Shown here in pieces: positions 1-12,332 of a DNA stretch of 64,000 bases (its first letter is position 1; each line of letters starts with the position of its first letter). The position numbers were made by a program, and so were the translations under genes. This stretch comes from Macrostomum lignano. Its lineage: Eukaryota. The stretch spans positions 1-64,000 of the forward strand of contig NIVC01002101.1 in the NCBI GenBank assembly GCA_002269645.1. The letters run 5' to 3'. Below the pieces are notes generated by a model that did no database searches, was not told the origin of the DNA, and worked only from the letters and a program-made list of their open reading frames with translations.

Positions 1-1221
1 TTATACATCAAGTTGTATACCAATAGTATACTCTAGGCTCTGTATACTAAAAAATGCTGGTATACATGTATACTATCCAGAGTCTGGCATATATACATTT
101 TAGCCCCAAAATAACCTGTCAGTCTGTCACCTAAATGGATTTCACCAAAGTGACTATCACCAAACTAAAGTAGAAGTGTAGATAAAAAATAGAAAGTAGA
201 ACTATTACCAAGGTAACCAATTCATTTCTGCAACTTGTCTTTGGCCAAAAATAGAATCCAGTTCAGTTCTATTCTACAATCCACCTTACACTTTTAGGCC
301 TAGTAGTTATATATACAATTTCACTATTTAAATGATTGTATACGCCTAATGAAAGCAAATATTTTTAATAAATAAAAAATATAGCTAGGATCTATTCTTG
401 CTTTTGCTTGCATTGTGTGCCTATATACTGGTTTGTTCAATGTGAATTTTCAAGTGAAACCATAGGCCCCTCAGTGCATAAAAAATACAAACTAGGCCTA
501 TGGCATCTTTTAATAAACACATTGCCTTTTTCACTCCTTGCATCACTTCCAGAAATGGTAAAATTAAAAAAATCAGGGTTAGCAAGACTAAAGACACAAA
601 AGCCATACCCTTATAGCCTTACTTACATTTTTTCTGCTAAGTCCTTTCCTTTGTACAATACATCTCGAAGCATTTTTGAAAAGTTAATCAGCAACCACTT
701 TCTTGAATCTTGTAGTTCAAGCAAAAACAAATATTGAGGCTATCAACGACCTAGTTGATGGATAGACCTAGTGATAGGAGTGAGCAGCGAAAAATTACTT
801 TACAATCACAGATCACTTTTAATATGAAATACAAAGAACTTATCAGTATCTAAAATTACCTCCCTTTAAAAGTGAAACTCACTACATGCCGATTTCGACT
901 GGTTCTATCGAGTTTTTTACTACTAAAAATTATCACATTACTTTCGTAGAAACTATTGGTAAATCAAAGTTTGGTAACTTTTTCTAGTAGGTATGTCAAG
1001 CTCTGTGAATTTCTTGGTAAAGTATATGTTTGTTTGTTTTAAATTTTATTTAAGTTACTGTTTTAGATGTATGAAATTGTATTCAGTAGCAACACAGATA
1101 CGATTTGATTTTCAAGCAGCTGGTGTAGAATATCTGTAAAATATATTACATTGATGTTATTAAACTTACCCGAAATTGGAAGCTGAAAATTTGAACAAGA
1201 GCCTTTTTCAACAGCTATATA

Positions 1222-4200
1222 ATGGAACACATATTAGAAGCGAATCCAGCTTTGCACCAGGTAAGCCCAGCCTAGCAACTCGTGTCGAGAGCGATAGACG
1301 AGTATACGAGCGTAACTTAAAAAAGCGCAATAAAAAAATTAAGTAGCCGTCCGAATAATTACCTAGCTTTTATTTAATCATCTCATCACTTGAATTTATC
1401 CGTCAAATTAGCGTAAAATTGGTTCCAATTTGTGTCCTTTTTTATGTTTTGACAGTTTGTAGCAACTCATATTTCTACTTTAATAGCTCGCTATTCATTT
1501 GTTCTTAAAACTTAAATTTATTGCACAATATTGGTAGACCTATATATTCGAATACGGAATTTTTTTCTTTTAGAAACTTCAAAATCAAATGAAGAGTCAG
1601 CATGTAATGCGCTTGTTTGAGGTCGAAGAACTTTATCTAGGAAAACTGTGAGTCTTTCTAATAGGCTTTACTTATGCTAGTTTCTCAGTCAGTATCCATA
1701 TTGATGCAGGTACTGATTTTATAAAACGAAATTTTAGCTACATATATTTCGTACTTCAGATCATTGGGAACGATTCCATCACTTCATTGCTTCCCTAATC
1801 TTCAAGCAGTGTGGCTTAATGGCAACAGGGTGAGTACATTTCTGGTGTCTTGTTTAAAATTATTACAGCTAGTTTTAGACCCGTGTGATGAAAATCACTG
1901 CCTGAACATTTCAGCTGTTAAAAGTGGACTGTTTGAAAGACAACCTTCGGCTAGGGGACTTGTACCTGCACAACAACAAGCTGATCAGCATTAGTGGCTC
2001 ATTGGGACAGCTTACAGGACTCAAAACTCTCTTGCTGCACAACAATCAGCTGAGCAAAGTTGAGGAAGTCGTGCAGGAGCTGAAGAATATGCAGGGATTG
2101 CAGACTTTGAGTAAGTACCAGTATAGCTGCTGAGAAAAGTTTCCAGTAGTTCTTAACTTGTTATAGTTTAAATTTGAAGCATTAAAATATTCTGAATTTC
2201 CAACCATGAATCCTGTAAAATATTCCAGTGTTAAGAAAAAATCAGTAAGTACAATTCAAGTTCACCTTTCAAGTATATAATAAGTGTTCATTTTTATTGA
2301 ACTCGTATAAAATTCACACTCATGTTACTCTATATGCCCTTCGTTTATTCCATGTAACTCGATCACCTGCACAACAAATTAAACATTTTTACAGCACAAA
2401 TTAAGCATCACAGTTACCAATAATATGAGCATCAGGGAGTTGAGAATATGAGCATCAGGGAGTTGAGAATATGAGCATCGGGGAGTTGAGAATATGAGCA
2501 TCAGGGAGTTGAGAATATGAGCATCAGGGAGTTGAGAATATAAGCATCAGGGAGTTGAGAATATGAGCATCAGGGAGTTGAGAATATAAGCATCAGAGAG
2601 TTGAGAATATGAGCATCAGGGAGTTGAGAATATAAGCATCAGGGAGTTGAGAATATGAGCATCAGGGAGTTGAGAATATAAGCATCAGGGAGTTGAGAAT
2701 ATGAGCATCAGGGAGTTGAGAATATAAGCATCAGGGAGTTGAGAATATAAGCATCAGGGAGTTGAGAATATAAGCATCAGGGAGTTGATAATATAAGCAT
2801 CAGGGAGTTGAGAATATCAGCATCAGGGAGTTGAGAATATAAGCATCAGGGAGTTGAGAATATAAGCATCAGGGAGTTGAGAATGTAAGCATCAGGGAGT
2901 TGAGAATATAAGCATCAGGGAGTTGAGAATATAAGCATCAGGGAGTTGAGAATATAAGCATCAGGGAGTTGATAATATAAGCATCAGGGAGTTGAGAATA
3001 TAAGCGTCAGGGAGTTGAGAATATGAGCATCAGGGAGTTGAGAATATGAGCATCAGGGAGTTGAGAATATAAGCATCAGGGAGTTGAGAATATAAGCATC
3101 AGGGAGTTGAGAATATAAGCATCAGGGAGTTGAGAATATAAGCATCAGGGAGTTGAGAATATGAGCATCAGGGAGTTGAGAATATAAGCATCAGGGAGTT
3201 GAGAATATGAGCATCAGGGAGTTGAGAATGTAAGCGTCAGGGATCGTTAAGAATATGATCTTAGTAGCATTTAGCATGCTTTTTCAACTGTTGTGAATCT
3301 TTTCACGCTACCACCAGACTTATATGATATTAAATTGACAGTGCTGATATGCATGTATATTCTCGCCCTAAAATACTAATGAGTATCGCTTACCACTTGA
3401 CTCACTCCCACACATTTCAACACCGTGCAGCTCTGTTCGACAATCCGGTAGCCCAGGAGAAGCACTATCGCGATTACGTCATCTTCCACCTGCCGTCGGT
3501 CAAGGTGCTGGATAGACACGGTGAGTGGTGTTGAGAATGAGAACTGGAGTTAAATGTGAGCATGCCCTTTACGACGCGAGATTGCGATACTCCGAGGCGA
3601 CTAAAAAAAAACCACGTAGCTCGTAAAACCTGTGTATGTTTTTGTATATTCTCAACGAGAAGATATGTAGTCGTAATTCATGTGGAATCTACGTAGACTC
3701 CTTACGTAGACTCCTTACGAAGAATCCTTACGAAGAATTTTAGTGATATTCAAGCGGCAAATGACTTATAATTGCACTCTTATTTTGAAGAAAATTTCAT
3801 AATTTTTTCGTGAACTTTGTTCCGGTATAATACGAGCTACGTATATTATTTCGCCTTAAATTACATAGATTTTGTTTAAATAACAATTCAATATGTCAAT
3901 TGTACCGTATGCTCTAGCAAGGTATTGCAGCTTCGATAACAGCTCCGGAAATAAAGATTTCATCGATAAAATGCTGTGGGATTTTTTTCTACGGAGCCTT
4001 TCAGCTTGGAAGAACCCTGCTAACAAGGGGCAGAGCGGCTCAGCGGTAGACTCAGTTGGGGCTATAAGTGCGCTCGAAAATTGGCCGCCGGCCGGGGAGT
4101 TGTCGAGCCCCCATGAGAGTCAATCCCCAAGGGCACAGAGAGTGCACATGCCTGACGATTAGAAAGCTAAAGCCGCTGTGTACACCATGTGTGAGCGTGT

Positions 4201-5151
4201 GCATGAGTGCGTTGTGCGTTGTGCTCTAAATCATTTCATTGTTATTATTACAAACGCTCGCAGAGATCACATTCAACGAGCGCATGAAAGCGCAACGCCT
4301 GTTCGACACCGATAACCAGCTGGTGCGGGACCGGCTGGCCTTCGGCAGCCGCGTGGCGACCAGAGGCTGCCCAGACGCTACCGATGCCGGGGCGGCTAAA
4401 GCGATCAAACAGGATGGTGGTGGAAAAGCGGAAATCGACAGATCAATGATGTGAGTTGGCTGCTCTGAGCTCTCAGGCAATTCAAGTAAAACCTTAAATC
4501 TACATTTTTAGCGTCACTCGTTCGCTTAAGTGCAGGAAAGGCCACTGTGATCTATTAAAAAGTACATTCTTTGAAATTAAGTTATGAGCTATTATGTCTA
4601 TGCATCTACAGCCCCTAGTGCTGGCGCCCCTGGTGCTGGCGCCCCTGGTGCTGGCGCCCCTGGTGCTGGCGCCCCTGGTGCTGGCGCCACTGGTGCTGGC
4701 GCCCTGGTGCTGGCACCCCTGGTGCTGGCGCCCCTGGTGCTGGCGCCCCTGGTGCTGGCGCCACTGGTGCTGGCGCCACTGGTGCTAAAGCCTCTGGTGC
4801 TAAAGCCCCTGGTGCTAAAGCCCCTGGTGCTAAAGCCCCTGGTGCTAAAGCCCCTGATGCTAAAGCCCCTGGTGCTAAAGCCACTGAAAAGTTCTACTGA
4901 ATCGTGAAATTTTTTGCCCCTTGACACGGCAGCAACACAGAGAACCACACTGTTTCCTCCGCAGCCCTCAGCAGACCTTCGACTCAATCGAGGCCGCCTA
5001 CGAGCACCGGCGTCAGCGCAAGACGCCCATGGAGTTCACCTACTTCGATTGGTCTCGAGTGCCGCGCTACCAGCAGCGCAGGACCCAATCAGACAACAAG
5101 GACATTATGGTGGACCAGCTGCAGAGGGTGACCGTGCGTTACCAGGTCTGA
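1222..5151 (+). CDS. LRRC72: Leucine-rich repeat protein, LRRC72-like (~280 aa, 7 exons)
   Basis: join(1222..1260,1574..1647,1760..1829,1915..2110,3431..3520,4264..4450,4965..5151); all GT-AG and phase-consistent, 843 nt. LRR motifs EVEELYLGK / LQAVWLNGNR / LGDLYLHNNKL / LKTLLLHNNQL, LRRcap YRDYVIFHLPSVKVLDR and ...RDRLAFG resemble my recollection of vertebrate LRRC72. Confidence 0.85.
2421..3256. repeat. 23-bp minisatellite (GAGAATATRAGCATCAGGGAGTT)n, ~36 copies, LRRC72 intron 4
   Basis: Near-perfect tandem units visible directly. Confidence 0.97.
4030..4225 (+). mobile_element. Unclassified dispersed repeat (family B), copy 1
   Basis: Core GATTAGAAAG..GCCGCT.TACAC..TGTGAGCGTGTGCATGAGTGCG recurs at ~12490-12560 (+), ~23420-23500 (+) and ~62150-62250 (-). 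Confidence 0.6.
4611..4885. repeat. 15-bp minisatellite (GCCCCTGGTGCTGGC -> GCCCCTGGTGCTAAA), LRRC72 intron 6
   Basis: Tandem units with a polarised change of variant along the array. Confidence 0.95.
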
Positions 5152-5494
5152 GAGGAAATGACCAGTGAAGAAATACAAAACCAAATATTTTTATCTTTGT
5201 AGTTCCTTCTTCACTACTCTAGAATAACTGAAAGCAAAGTGGTTACTATTGAATTTATATAATTGAATTCTGCCTCACACAGAACAGCTCAATAATGTAT
5301 AGGGACATTGTGTCTACCACTACGGTACGAAAATTTTCTATGAAATTTTGCGTTTTTTAATAATTGAATCTCAAATAAACAAGTTTTATATCAATTTTTT
5401 GCCCATTGTGGTTTTATATTACGCTGCTCAATGTATATTTTAAGAATAAGTTCTCAAAAACATTTTGTAAACTCTTTGTAAATATAATAGTAAC

Positions 5495-5767
5495 AACAGA
5501 TGTGCAATCGACAGCTCAGCTGCAGCTATTGCGCGGCGCATCTGAAGGCTACGTACGGCTGTTCAGTCCAAGGACTGGGGGTCGCCACACATACCCTCAA
5601 TTACCAATTACCCCAGCTAATGCTGACATCCCATTTTACAGCTGGGGTGAACTGGAGTAAAGCAGAATCAAGTGTATTGCTCAAGGACACTAATTGTTCT
5701 GATTCGGTCAAGAATCGAACCCCCGACCTTTCAGTCGTGGGTCCGACGCTCCAACCACTAGGCTACA
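5495..5767 (-). mobile_element. tRNA-derived SINE with CORE-like central segment
   Basis: Minus strand reads TGTAGCCTAGTGG (A box) ... GGTTCGATTC (B box), then CCTTGAGCAA...CAGCTGTAAAATGGG, resembling the MIR/CORE motif. Homologous copies at ~12140-12332 and ~47320-47600. Confidence 0.75.
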
Positions 5768-6524
5768 ATCCCTTTTTTGTAAATGTTATTCGGTACATTC
5801 CAATAGCCACAGGGAGCTTAAATGAATGAACTTTCACAAGGCGTCATAAGCGTGGCTTACTTTACGAGCGAATCTGCAAATTGAAGTTTCCATTCCATTT
5901 GTACAATTTCTTTGCAAAGTCTTTTGCTAAAATGAAAGAACCGCAGCCGCCACAAATGGGCCATTTAAGTGAATATAAAAAAACTTTATCCATCCTTTTC
6001 TTCCGTTGGCCTGTCTCGATTCAGAAGGTCGCGTCGAGACTCCTCCCTCCCCTCTCTCGGACTGCAGCTCGGTCAGTTCGGGCAGCGGATGAACCCCGTT
6101 GCACGCCGCAAAAGGTCCTGCGTTCCTGGGAAGTCTTCCACCCAGTCAGTTCACCCACCCAATCGATCAATGCGCACCCCCACAGTTTGAAAAGGTCTCG
6201 CCAGCCCGTCTCTTTCAGCCAGGCAGCTTCCTTATTCGTTGTAACATGGAAGCTGCGCTATGGAAATGACTGAACCTTCCTTCCCCTTGTTTCCTCTGTC
6301 GGGCAGGTTAAGGCGCCTTGCACCCTTGCGGTTGTGTAGGAGAGGGTCGGCCTAGTCACGTACACTGGACCAACCGCGCATCAAATTGATCTTGGCTGCG
6401 TACTGGAAGCGCCAACCATCGCTAGTATTTATCCATGCAGGGTGCGGCACCCAGCAGCTTCTCTTTCATCGCCCCGGCACTCAGCTAGTCAGAAACCCGA
6501 ACGCAGTAACCCTAAGCAAGAAGA

Positions 6525-7922
6525 ATGTCTCGTCAGGTGCGCATGACTCGTCCGGATTCCGGAACGCCGTGGGGCTTCCGGCTGCAGGGCGGACGCGATT
6601 TCAACTCCGCTCTCACCATCCAGAAGGTGAGCAAAGGCGGCATGGCCGAGCGGCACGGCGTCTGCGTCGGCGACAGGGTGGTGAGCATCGGCGGGGACCC
6701 GACACACAATTGGACACACCAGCAGGCCCAGCAGGCGGTCATCCGATGCGGCAACGAGCTCGACCTTGGCTTGGCGAGCGGCGGCGGCGGATTCAACCAC
6801 GCCTACTTCCAGCCTCAGCCGCAACAGCACCAGTTCCAACCGGCCGCGGCTCCTTACAGCCCGCCAGCCCGCCAGACTGCCGGCAACTCTAGCGGCGCCA
6901 CATGGCTGCCCGCCGCGAACGCGTCGCCTTCTTCTCCATCGTCGCACTATTACCCACCCGCTCCGCAGCATCACTTCGCTAAGCCTAACGCTGTACAGCA
7001 TTACTCTTCGTCGCCACAGCAGTTCTCGCCACAGCAGTTCTCGCCACAACAGTTCTCGCCACAGCAGTTCTCGCCACAGCAGTTCTCGCCACAGCAGTTC
7101 TCGCCACAGCAGTTCTCGCCACAGCAGTTCTCGCCACAGCAGTTCTCGCCACAGCAGTTCTCGTCACAGCAGTTCTCGCCACAGCAGTTCTCACCGCCGC
7201 AGCAGTTCTCGCCGCGGAACTTTTCTCCGCCTGCTCAACCGCCGCCGCCGCCACCTCCGGCCCCGGCTCCGCGTTCAGCTGCTCCTCTGATGTCGTCTGT
7301 CGGTGGTGGAGGCGGCAGTGCTGGACTCTCCGGTCGCAGTCGCCGTGGCGAGGCCCAGCGCCAAACTCAGCAAGCGGCCGGTGGCGTCCCGGTCTGCTCG
7401 GTCTGCGGCTCGGTGATCCGCGGCCCGTTCCTCGTGGCGCTGGACAAGTGCTTCTGCCCGGACCACTTCAACTGCAGCGTCTGCGGCCGCAACCTTGAAC
7501 CGTGCGGCTTCGTCGAGGAGGCCAACCAGCTGTACTGCGAGGACGACTACGTCCGACTACTGGCGCCCCGTTGCGGCAGCTGCCAGCAGACGATCGTCAG
7601 CGAGAGCGTGCACGCCATGGACCAATACTTCCACCGGCAGTGCTTCGTGTGCGCTCACTGCCGACAGAGCATCGCCGGGCGGAAGTTCCGAGTTGAGGAC
7701 AACCGGCCCTACTGCGAGAAGGACTGGGGCGACCTGTTCTTCACCAAGTGCGCCAAGTGTCACGAGGCGATCGCGCCGATCGATCGCTTCGTCGAGGTGC
7801 TGGGCGGCACTTATCACGCCGAGTGCTTCTGCTGCGCCGTGTGCGGCACCTGCTTGGAGGGCAAGCCGTTCGCTCCGAAGGATGGCAAGGCCTACTGCAA
7901 GCTGCACGCCAGGCGTTTCTGA
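6525..7922 (+). CDS. PDZ and LIM domain protein (Enigma/PDLIM7/ZASP family), single exon, 465 aa
   Basis: N-terminal PDZ (PWGFRLQGGRDF...), Pro/Gln/Ser-rich linker with 13 QQFSP-type repeats, three C-terminal LIM domains (CxxC...HxxC..CxxC...C/D/H). Confidence 0.93.
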   Translation: MSRQVRMTRPDSGTPWGFRLQGGRDFNSALTIQKVSKGGMAERHGVCVGDRVVSIGGDPTHNWTHQQAQQAVIRCGNELDLGLASGGGGFNHAYFQPQPQQHQFQPAAAPYSPPARQTAGNSSGATWLPAANASPSSPSSHYYPPAPQHHFAKPNAVQHYSSSPQQFSPQQFSPQQFSPQQFSPQQFSPQQFSPQQFSPQQFSPQQFSPQQFSSQQFSPQQFSPPQQFSPRNFSPPAQPPPPPPPAPAPRSAAPLMSSVGGGGGSAGLSGRSRRGEAQRQTQQAAGGVPVCSVCGSVIRGPFLVALDKCFCPDHFNCSVCGRNLEPCGFVEEANQLYCEDDYVRLLAPRCGSCQQTIVSESVHAMDQYFHRQCFVCAHCRQSIAGRKFRVEDNRPYCEKDWGDLFFTKCAKCHEAIAPIDRFVEVLGGTYHAECFCCAVCGTCLEGKPFAPKDGKAYCKLHARRF

Positions 7923-8407
7923 AGTCAAAGTTAAGATTTTGTTGTTTTTTGCATGGACAGCTAAAGCAGGACGCTACACTGCATATTCTTAGAAATGGGC
8001 TGGAATGTGCTATCCTGTCGTATCGTTAGTGCATTTATGAGAGTAGAATGCTCTCGAAAAATCGTATCTTTCTCGATCGAACTTGTCTATGTCGAAACCT
8101 CTTTTTAGTCCTACGCGTTCTCCAGCGATTTCTGAATGCACTATTGATACGAAGAATACGCGCTCCTTAGCGTAATCCATCTGATTTCCAGGAAATTGGA
8201 GTCTCGCGTCCTTTTACTTCAGCTGTGCATGCCTTCTGAATTTTTAAAACTCGAGCCAAACCGGATTATTGTAGGATCTTGTTGCTGAGTTCTCAGAAAC
8301 CATGTTGTCTCTATTTTGATACAGCTTTCTACAGCTTGACTAGTGATGCTACCTGAAAATTCTGATGGATAATATTTTAAGAAAGCGCCTGACAAGCTCA
8401 AAAAGTA

Positions 8408-9132
8408 CCGTGGCGCACAATGGATTAAGACCACAAAGTAAAATTATTTTAATTTTGGCATACTTGTCTTTAAGCTAAATTCAAGTATTAAATTGGCAGT
8501 AAAACTTGTAGGAATACAAGTGTTACTTTATTTACCATTGAATTAAGACCATCTTTAAATACTTTCGAAATAAGTAAAGCAAATGCCACTGATATCCAAA
8601 AACTACTTTAGTACTTTGTAGCATAGCCTTTTGATTAAATCACAGCATTGCACCGCCTAGGAATGCTATCCACCAGCTTCTGGCCCACTTCTGCCGGGAT
8701 GGCAGCCCACAAGTCCTCAATGATACGGTACAGCTGATCAAGGAAAGCTGGCTGCTGCATCTGGATGTCCCGCTCGACCCATATTCCACAGATTCTCAAT
8801 CGGATTGAGATCTGGTGACTGCGCTGGCCAGTCCATGGTGCGTATTGTTCTCTGTAAGCCATGCCTTCACAACCTTGGATGTGTGCTTCGGATTGCTGTC
8901 CTGCTGAAGCAGGTTTTATTACTCCGTGGCTTGTCAAATTCGAAAATGAGACAAGTGACTCCAATCAAACACACTCAATTGCAAGTAGTCACCCAACACA
9001 TCATTTATTTAACTGATTGATACCATGGTTGTCTATACCTGATTAGATTAAAATGCTCCAGCAATCTGTGTAGGTTATGAAATTGAAAGTTCAAATTTGT
9101 GTTCGGTGGTCTTAATTCATTGTGCGCCACTG
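8408..9132 (-). mobile_element. Internally deleted Tc1/mariner element
   Basis: Terminal inverted repeats C(C/A)GTGGCGCACAATG(G/A)ATTAAGACCAC at 8408-8434 and 9106-9132, with TA to the left. Minus-strand transposase relic ...MDWPAQSPDLNPIENLW (frameshift) ...LVDSIPRRCNAVI*SKGYATKY*. Confidence 0.9.
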
Positions 9133-12100
9133 GATGTGAGCTTCGATTTTGGTTTAGTAACCGTCAGCCCTCAAGGCAAGTGACAGATTAAGCTAAGCGG
9201 CCGCAGTTAACGGATTAACTTAAAAGTCAGCATAAAAAACAGTTGGTACGACTTCTTCTTTCTTTCATTCTCTCCTGCTGTGTCATTTGTTGGTCGACTT
9301 GTTCTCACTTTGACCTCCGCATACTCGTTCTTCTGACGGGGCACAGAGTTCACTTGGTTTTAGTTATTACTAAATAGTATTAGAAATATTATAATTCTTG
9401 CCTGATCTGTCTGACAGTCACGGTGTATCATACTATAGCAGTTTTTTAGCTGCCTACGTATCCCTTATAATTTATTTTGCAATGCCTTTGATCATTTATA
9501 GCGCTTTTGTAATTTCAGATAATTCGATCGCTTTATCGGAGAATTTTATTCAAACCATTTTTTACCCCATGGACAGCTGAAGTATGATTCGGTATTTGTA
9601 GTATCGCTGGTGCATCCAGTATGCTTTCGAGAGGTCGGATATATTTAAGACTGAATCTGTCTATGGTAAAACTCCATTCAGCCCCGTCCGTGCGTTCTCC
9701 CATTGAGCACACTAAATGCACCAGCGACACGACAAATATACGTGACTCACCGGCCTCCGGTTTATTTGTAAGTTTATCCTTACCCAGAAATATTCTGATT
9801 TCATAGCCTTTAGCCAATTTTTAAGCAACGGTTCATTTATTGCTTGCAAAACGCAATGTACATGAGCCTACCGCTGTGTGGTAATTTTTAAACCTGCTTT
9901 TCTAGGAAATTTAATTTAATTCACGTACTTGAATATTCAACTACAAACCTTTCTGTGCTTTTTTATATATAATAAAAGAACTTTTAACATTTTTTTCACC
10001 ACGTTTCATACTGGACATTTGAAGTTGCGTATGCATGTGTCCAATTAGCGATGCGAACAGCTTACTACTCATTTGCAGTAGTCAGTGATGATGAAAGTTT
10101 GCATCCGTATTGTACTGGATATAACATTATTCACTTTACCGAAAGTTAAATACACAGGAAAAATAATTACACAGTTAATTACACAATTAAATTAAACCTG
10201 CTTAACTGAAGATTATGTGTCCGAGGTGATGTATCAGCATCTTAATGTAGTGCGTGCGTGTTTTTGCAATGATTTTTTATTACGAATATTCAAATGTATA
10301 TGCTCATATCTTACTAATACAACTCTATCGGTTATACATCTACGTGAAAATTCATAGACTTACATGTAATCTGCACAGGGTCAATGAAGTCATTTGTAGT
10401 CTTGAAGTCACTCTAGGATGCGACTTGACTTCTAGAGTGACTCTTATTTGCGGCTTAAGTCTTAGAGTCACTCTATAGGGTGAGTCCTGAGTCTTTGAGT
10501 GACTCTAGTGTCACACTTGGGTCTTGGAGTGACTCTGGGGGGAGACTCGAGTCTTGGAGTGACTCTGGGGGGAGACTCGAGACTGAGGTGAGACAGCATT
10601 CTCGCCTCATTCACTCTGTAGTCACAGTCGATAAACACAAGTGCACGCACTGCTGCAAGTGCAACAGCATCAATTATAGCCTGTGAACTTTTTTACTCTC
10701 AATAAAGAGAGAGAGAGAGAGAGACTGCCCTGCCCAGGAAGTTTTGGGAATTTCTTCCCATATCAGTGTCGCTATCCATAGTGTTTGCACTAAGCAAAAA
10801 GCCGCCAATGCTGCTGAGGCATTGTTTCCGAGCAGCTCATTCTCCCACGCCATCCCCGTTCCCATCTGCTCCCAATGCCGTATCTTCCTTTTGGCCCCTC
10901 TGGCTCCGCCTGTTTCTCACTCGGAGCCTTCGCCTGTGAATTGCAAAAGCGTCGTCAATACCCGGTTGCCACTGGCAACTCGGGCATTGGGGCCTGGCTG
11001 TCTTGTAAATGCGAGAAGCGCGCGCCTCTGGAAGTCTGCAGCTGAGCGGGAAGGGGAGCAGAAGACTGTTCAGAGGGAGAGAGTGGGAGAAGCTACAGCA
11101 ATAAATGCCTTTGTGAGGCCAAGCTTCATTTGTGGACTGCGAATTTCGCTTTCAATTCAACCAAATCCACTCCGGAGCGCTGTTGCAAAGCAAAAATCGA
11201 TGGCTCAGCAATACTGAGATGGTGGGTTGGGATGCCCTCCACCTGTCTGCTTCCGCTACTCGCTTGTGACTCTCACTGCGGGCTGGTTCGCATCGGAACT
11301 TCTGTGTGTCAAATTTGCCCCGTACTAGTCTCACTGCAATTCTACTCTGTTGTGGCAGAATTCTTTTTAAAAACTAGCTTGATAGGAGGGTTGTTTTCTG
11401 TCTTTTGAAATTGATGGACAATTTATTACGTATTTAATTTGCACATTGCATTATGCTAAATTATCAGGAAGTGGTGCTCTCTAATTTAGCCCATAGAGCT
11501 ACAAAATGAGCTGCATAAATATGCGAGTATCATGGATTGCTCATCTGTGAAATGCCTGCGGCCCCGACCCACCGCAGTCTCGGGATAGTCCCCCCATTCA
11601 ACTTGGCTGAGTGAGTCTACCGCGTTTCAACTTTATTGGTTAATTAGATTAATCGGAATGAAACCATCGGTTCACTAGCATAGTGCTCATAATCTTACTT
11701 CTGTTTCTAAGCTATTGTTGCTCTTTGCATCGTTACGCGATATTACATTTGCTGTAATTCGGTGCTGTAATCCATGATATATTATACTTTTGTGCACCAT
11801 TTTTTGCCCACTGTTCTGTCTAGGGTGAAAATCCATGAAAAATGCGTTCTTCAAAGATCCAGTCTGATCAAATGATTTTTTTAAACAAGGGAAATCTAAA
11901 AAAGTTTCTGCGGAAACGCTAATCATGGATGTGCAGTTTAAGAAAGGGCAGCGAAATTACAATATAATCGCTTTGAGAAGCATCTGAGTAGATTTACCTC
12001 TTGCATCCATTGTGCTGATGGCAGCACACCAGCCCAATCCGCGTCTGGCGTATTGTTATATTGGACTCACTATATCTGTAAAAATCTGCCCAAAGTCCTT

Positions 12101-12139
12101 AATTGGTATAGCAAAAGTAATAATAATTGATCATACCAG

Positions 12140-12332
12140 CCCCAACTGGGCCAGATATGCAACCGACAGCTAAATTACCCCAGCTAATGCTGGCATTCAT
12201 TTTACAGCTGGGTGAACTGAAGCAATGCAGAGTTAATCGTTTTGCTCAAGGGCACAAATTGTTCCGAGTGGGTCGAGAATCGAACCCCCGACCTTTCAGT
12301 CGAGAGTCCGACGCTCTGACCACTAGGCTACA
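12140..12332 (-). mobile_element. tRNA-derived CORE-like SINE copy
   Basis: Homologous to 5495-5767; A and B boxes intact on the minus strand. Confidence 0.75.

Noticed and set aside
3614-3842. 12-bp inverted repeat ACGTAGCTCGTA/TACGAGCTACGT around short internal repeats
   Set aside because: Probably a small MITE, but too short to support confidently without other full copies.
4584-4987. GAPGA collagen/silk-like ORF, possible alternative exon
   Set aside because: Intronic 15-bp repeat; use of the nearby acceptor at 4610 would give an immediate TAG in the LRRC72 frame.
5700-5767. Possible tRNA genes (also ~12260-12332 and ~47530-47600)
   Set aside because: A/B boxes are followed by a shared SINE body and there is no complete cloverleaf or acceptor stem.
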